Source of the DNA: Phoronis australis
Lineage: Eukaryota > Animalia > Phoronida
Length of the DNA stretch: 64,000 bases
NCBI GenBank assembly: GCA_002633005.1
Contig: NMRA01000038.1
Span: forward strand, 307,745 to 371,744
Reading direction: 5' to 3'
Part shown: piece after piece, positions 62,813-64,000 of the stretch
How positions within the stretch are numbered: position 1 is the stretch's first letter
Layout: every line of letters starts with the position of its first letter
The notes under the pieces: model-generated
What the model was told of the DNA's origin: nothing
The model's database searches: none
What the model saw: the letters and a program-made list of their open reading frames with translations, nothing else
Program-made: the position numbers and the translations under genes

Positions 62813-64000
62813 ATCCTTCTAAAAATGCAAGAACGTACTTAGTTTTCCGTATTCGTACGACATTCAGGCAATTTCATATGCGCATGAAATTAACAGTACG
62901 CGGACGTTGTTTTTGGTACTGGTACACGTGCTACACCACTCGGCGCATCTAATAACCGAAGTATCGTTTACGTTTGCATGCAAAAGTATAAAAATTAAAC
63001 CTGGGTTCAAAAATTTAGATATGTTCGGAGTAGTGAGCCTTCGGAGTAGTGAACGTTCAGAATGGTGTGCTGTGCCCATTTCCAGCGATGTAAGTAACTC
63101 GCAAAAATACAACCAGATAAAAATTCCGTCAAGTCATTCTCAGACTAAACAATTCCGTCTGAGTGTGTATGCACGACTGATTTGGAAGTTTGGTGGGTCG
63201 ACCTTTGCAAAATATCAAAGGTCCACAGTTCAGGAATTCGAACCACCCAGTGCGCTATCCTGGCTACGGGCCGGCACTGGTAGTACCGGTACGAAAAATT
63301 CAAAATTCATCCCGTACTGTTGTCCTCATAAGTTCAAGTGCTCTCTGAAAGTCACAAAGGCGTAATGTTGTGTGCCATTTGTCATGGCATTGAACTGAAA
63401 AACGACTCTGAACAAAAAGGTTTTTTCGTACAAGACCCCAATCGCCGAGTCTGGCCAATCCTCCATTTTCTTAAGCTCACACCAAGTGGATGGGCTCAGG
63501 TTTGACGAATAAGAGGGATAAAATTCAAATTAAACCGATTTTCTAATGTTATACATCAAAAATATCTTTCTTTTACAAACAAAAATCTCGAAAGCCACGA
63601 ATTTCTGTGCTCTCTAACAATAATCGCGGAAAAAAATAAATCGGTGCCACCCAAAAAATCTGAAGCAAATATCAATCAAATGCAAATGACCTCAATTGAG
63701 CTCCTCTGAACACAAACGTATGTTTGCTCATTCATTCCATTGCCCTGCTGTGCGTGAACTTGAAATCCTGCTTAATCTCAAGATCGTGTATGCGTGAACT
63801 TGGAATTGAACATTCTTTAAGGCAAAAAGATGAATTTTTTGTTCGGTGAAAAGAATTTTCGTAATTATTGGCCTCGCGATCAGCCATTTTCTCCTTTACC
63901 GTAAGTTCTGTAGCTGAACCGGAGGAATACGTGAATGGTTAAGTCGATTATTGTTTGGTGAAACTGATCGCCTGTAGTTGAAAAGGTTGGTTAAAATTGA

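Larger units (their letters stand above)
60790..63274. mobile_element. Possible 2.5-kb non-autonomous hAT-like element containing nested repeats
   Basis: CAGGCCCGTAGCCAGG..GGGGGTTCGA at 60790 and TCGAACCACCC..CCTGGCTACGGGCCGG ending at 63274. CACT flanks both ends. No transposase seen. Confidence 0.5.

Noticed and set aside
62907-63365. 152-aa plus ORF
   Set aside because: TTG start, runs through a transposon terminus, and has no recognisable domain.

Overview
AT-rich, intron-containing animal genomic DNA, probably from a bilaterian invertebrate (GT-AG introns, LINE, Penelope and MITE relics; no operons or CRISPR arrays). Well-supported content: two convergent PLAC8/cornifelin-family genes sharing the same two domain introns (+ 28173-34969, 385 aa with a long Pro/Gln-rich N-terminus; - 60467-54152, 100 aa, absent from the ORF track); one intact tRNA-Pro(CGG); and two large, mostly disordered ORFs. 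The + ORF (21092/21205-24720) ends in PP1-docking-like motifs. The - ORF (48682-45303) is 945 aa once a false 541-bp duplication is removed, and carries a fourfold RxR[AS]xTx[DE] motif. More tentative, from manual splice-site and phase reconstruction: a minus-strand gene with a Cys-rich N-terminus and a divergent PH-like domain (16924-10556), interleaved antisense with a plus-strand single-pass membrane protein gene (15227-20200). Repeats include RTE, L1/Tx1-like, other LINE and Penelope (GIY-YIG) fragments, tRNA-derived SINE heads, MITEs with 5-bp or CTG target-site duplications, foldback elements and hammerhead-like motifs. Two duplications abutting Ns look like uncollapsed haplotypes. No database search was run; all family calls are by eye.
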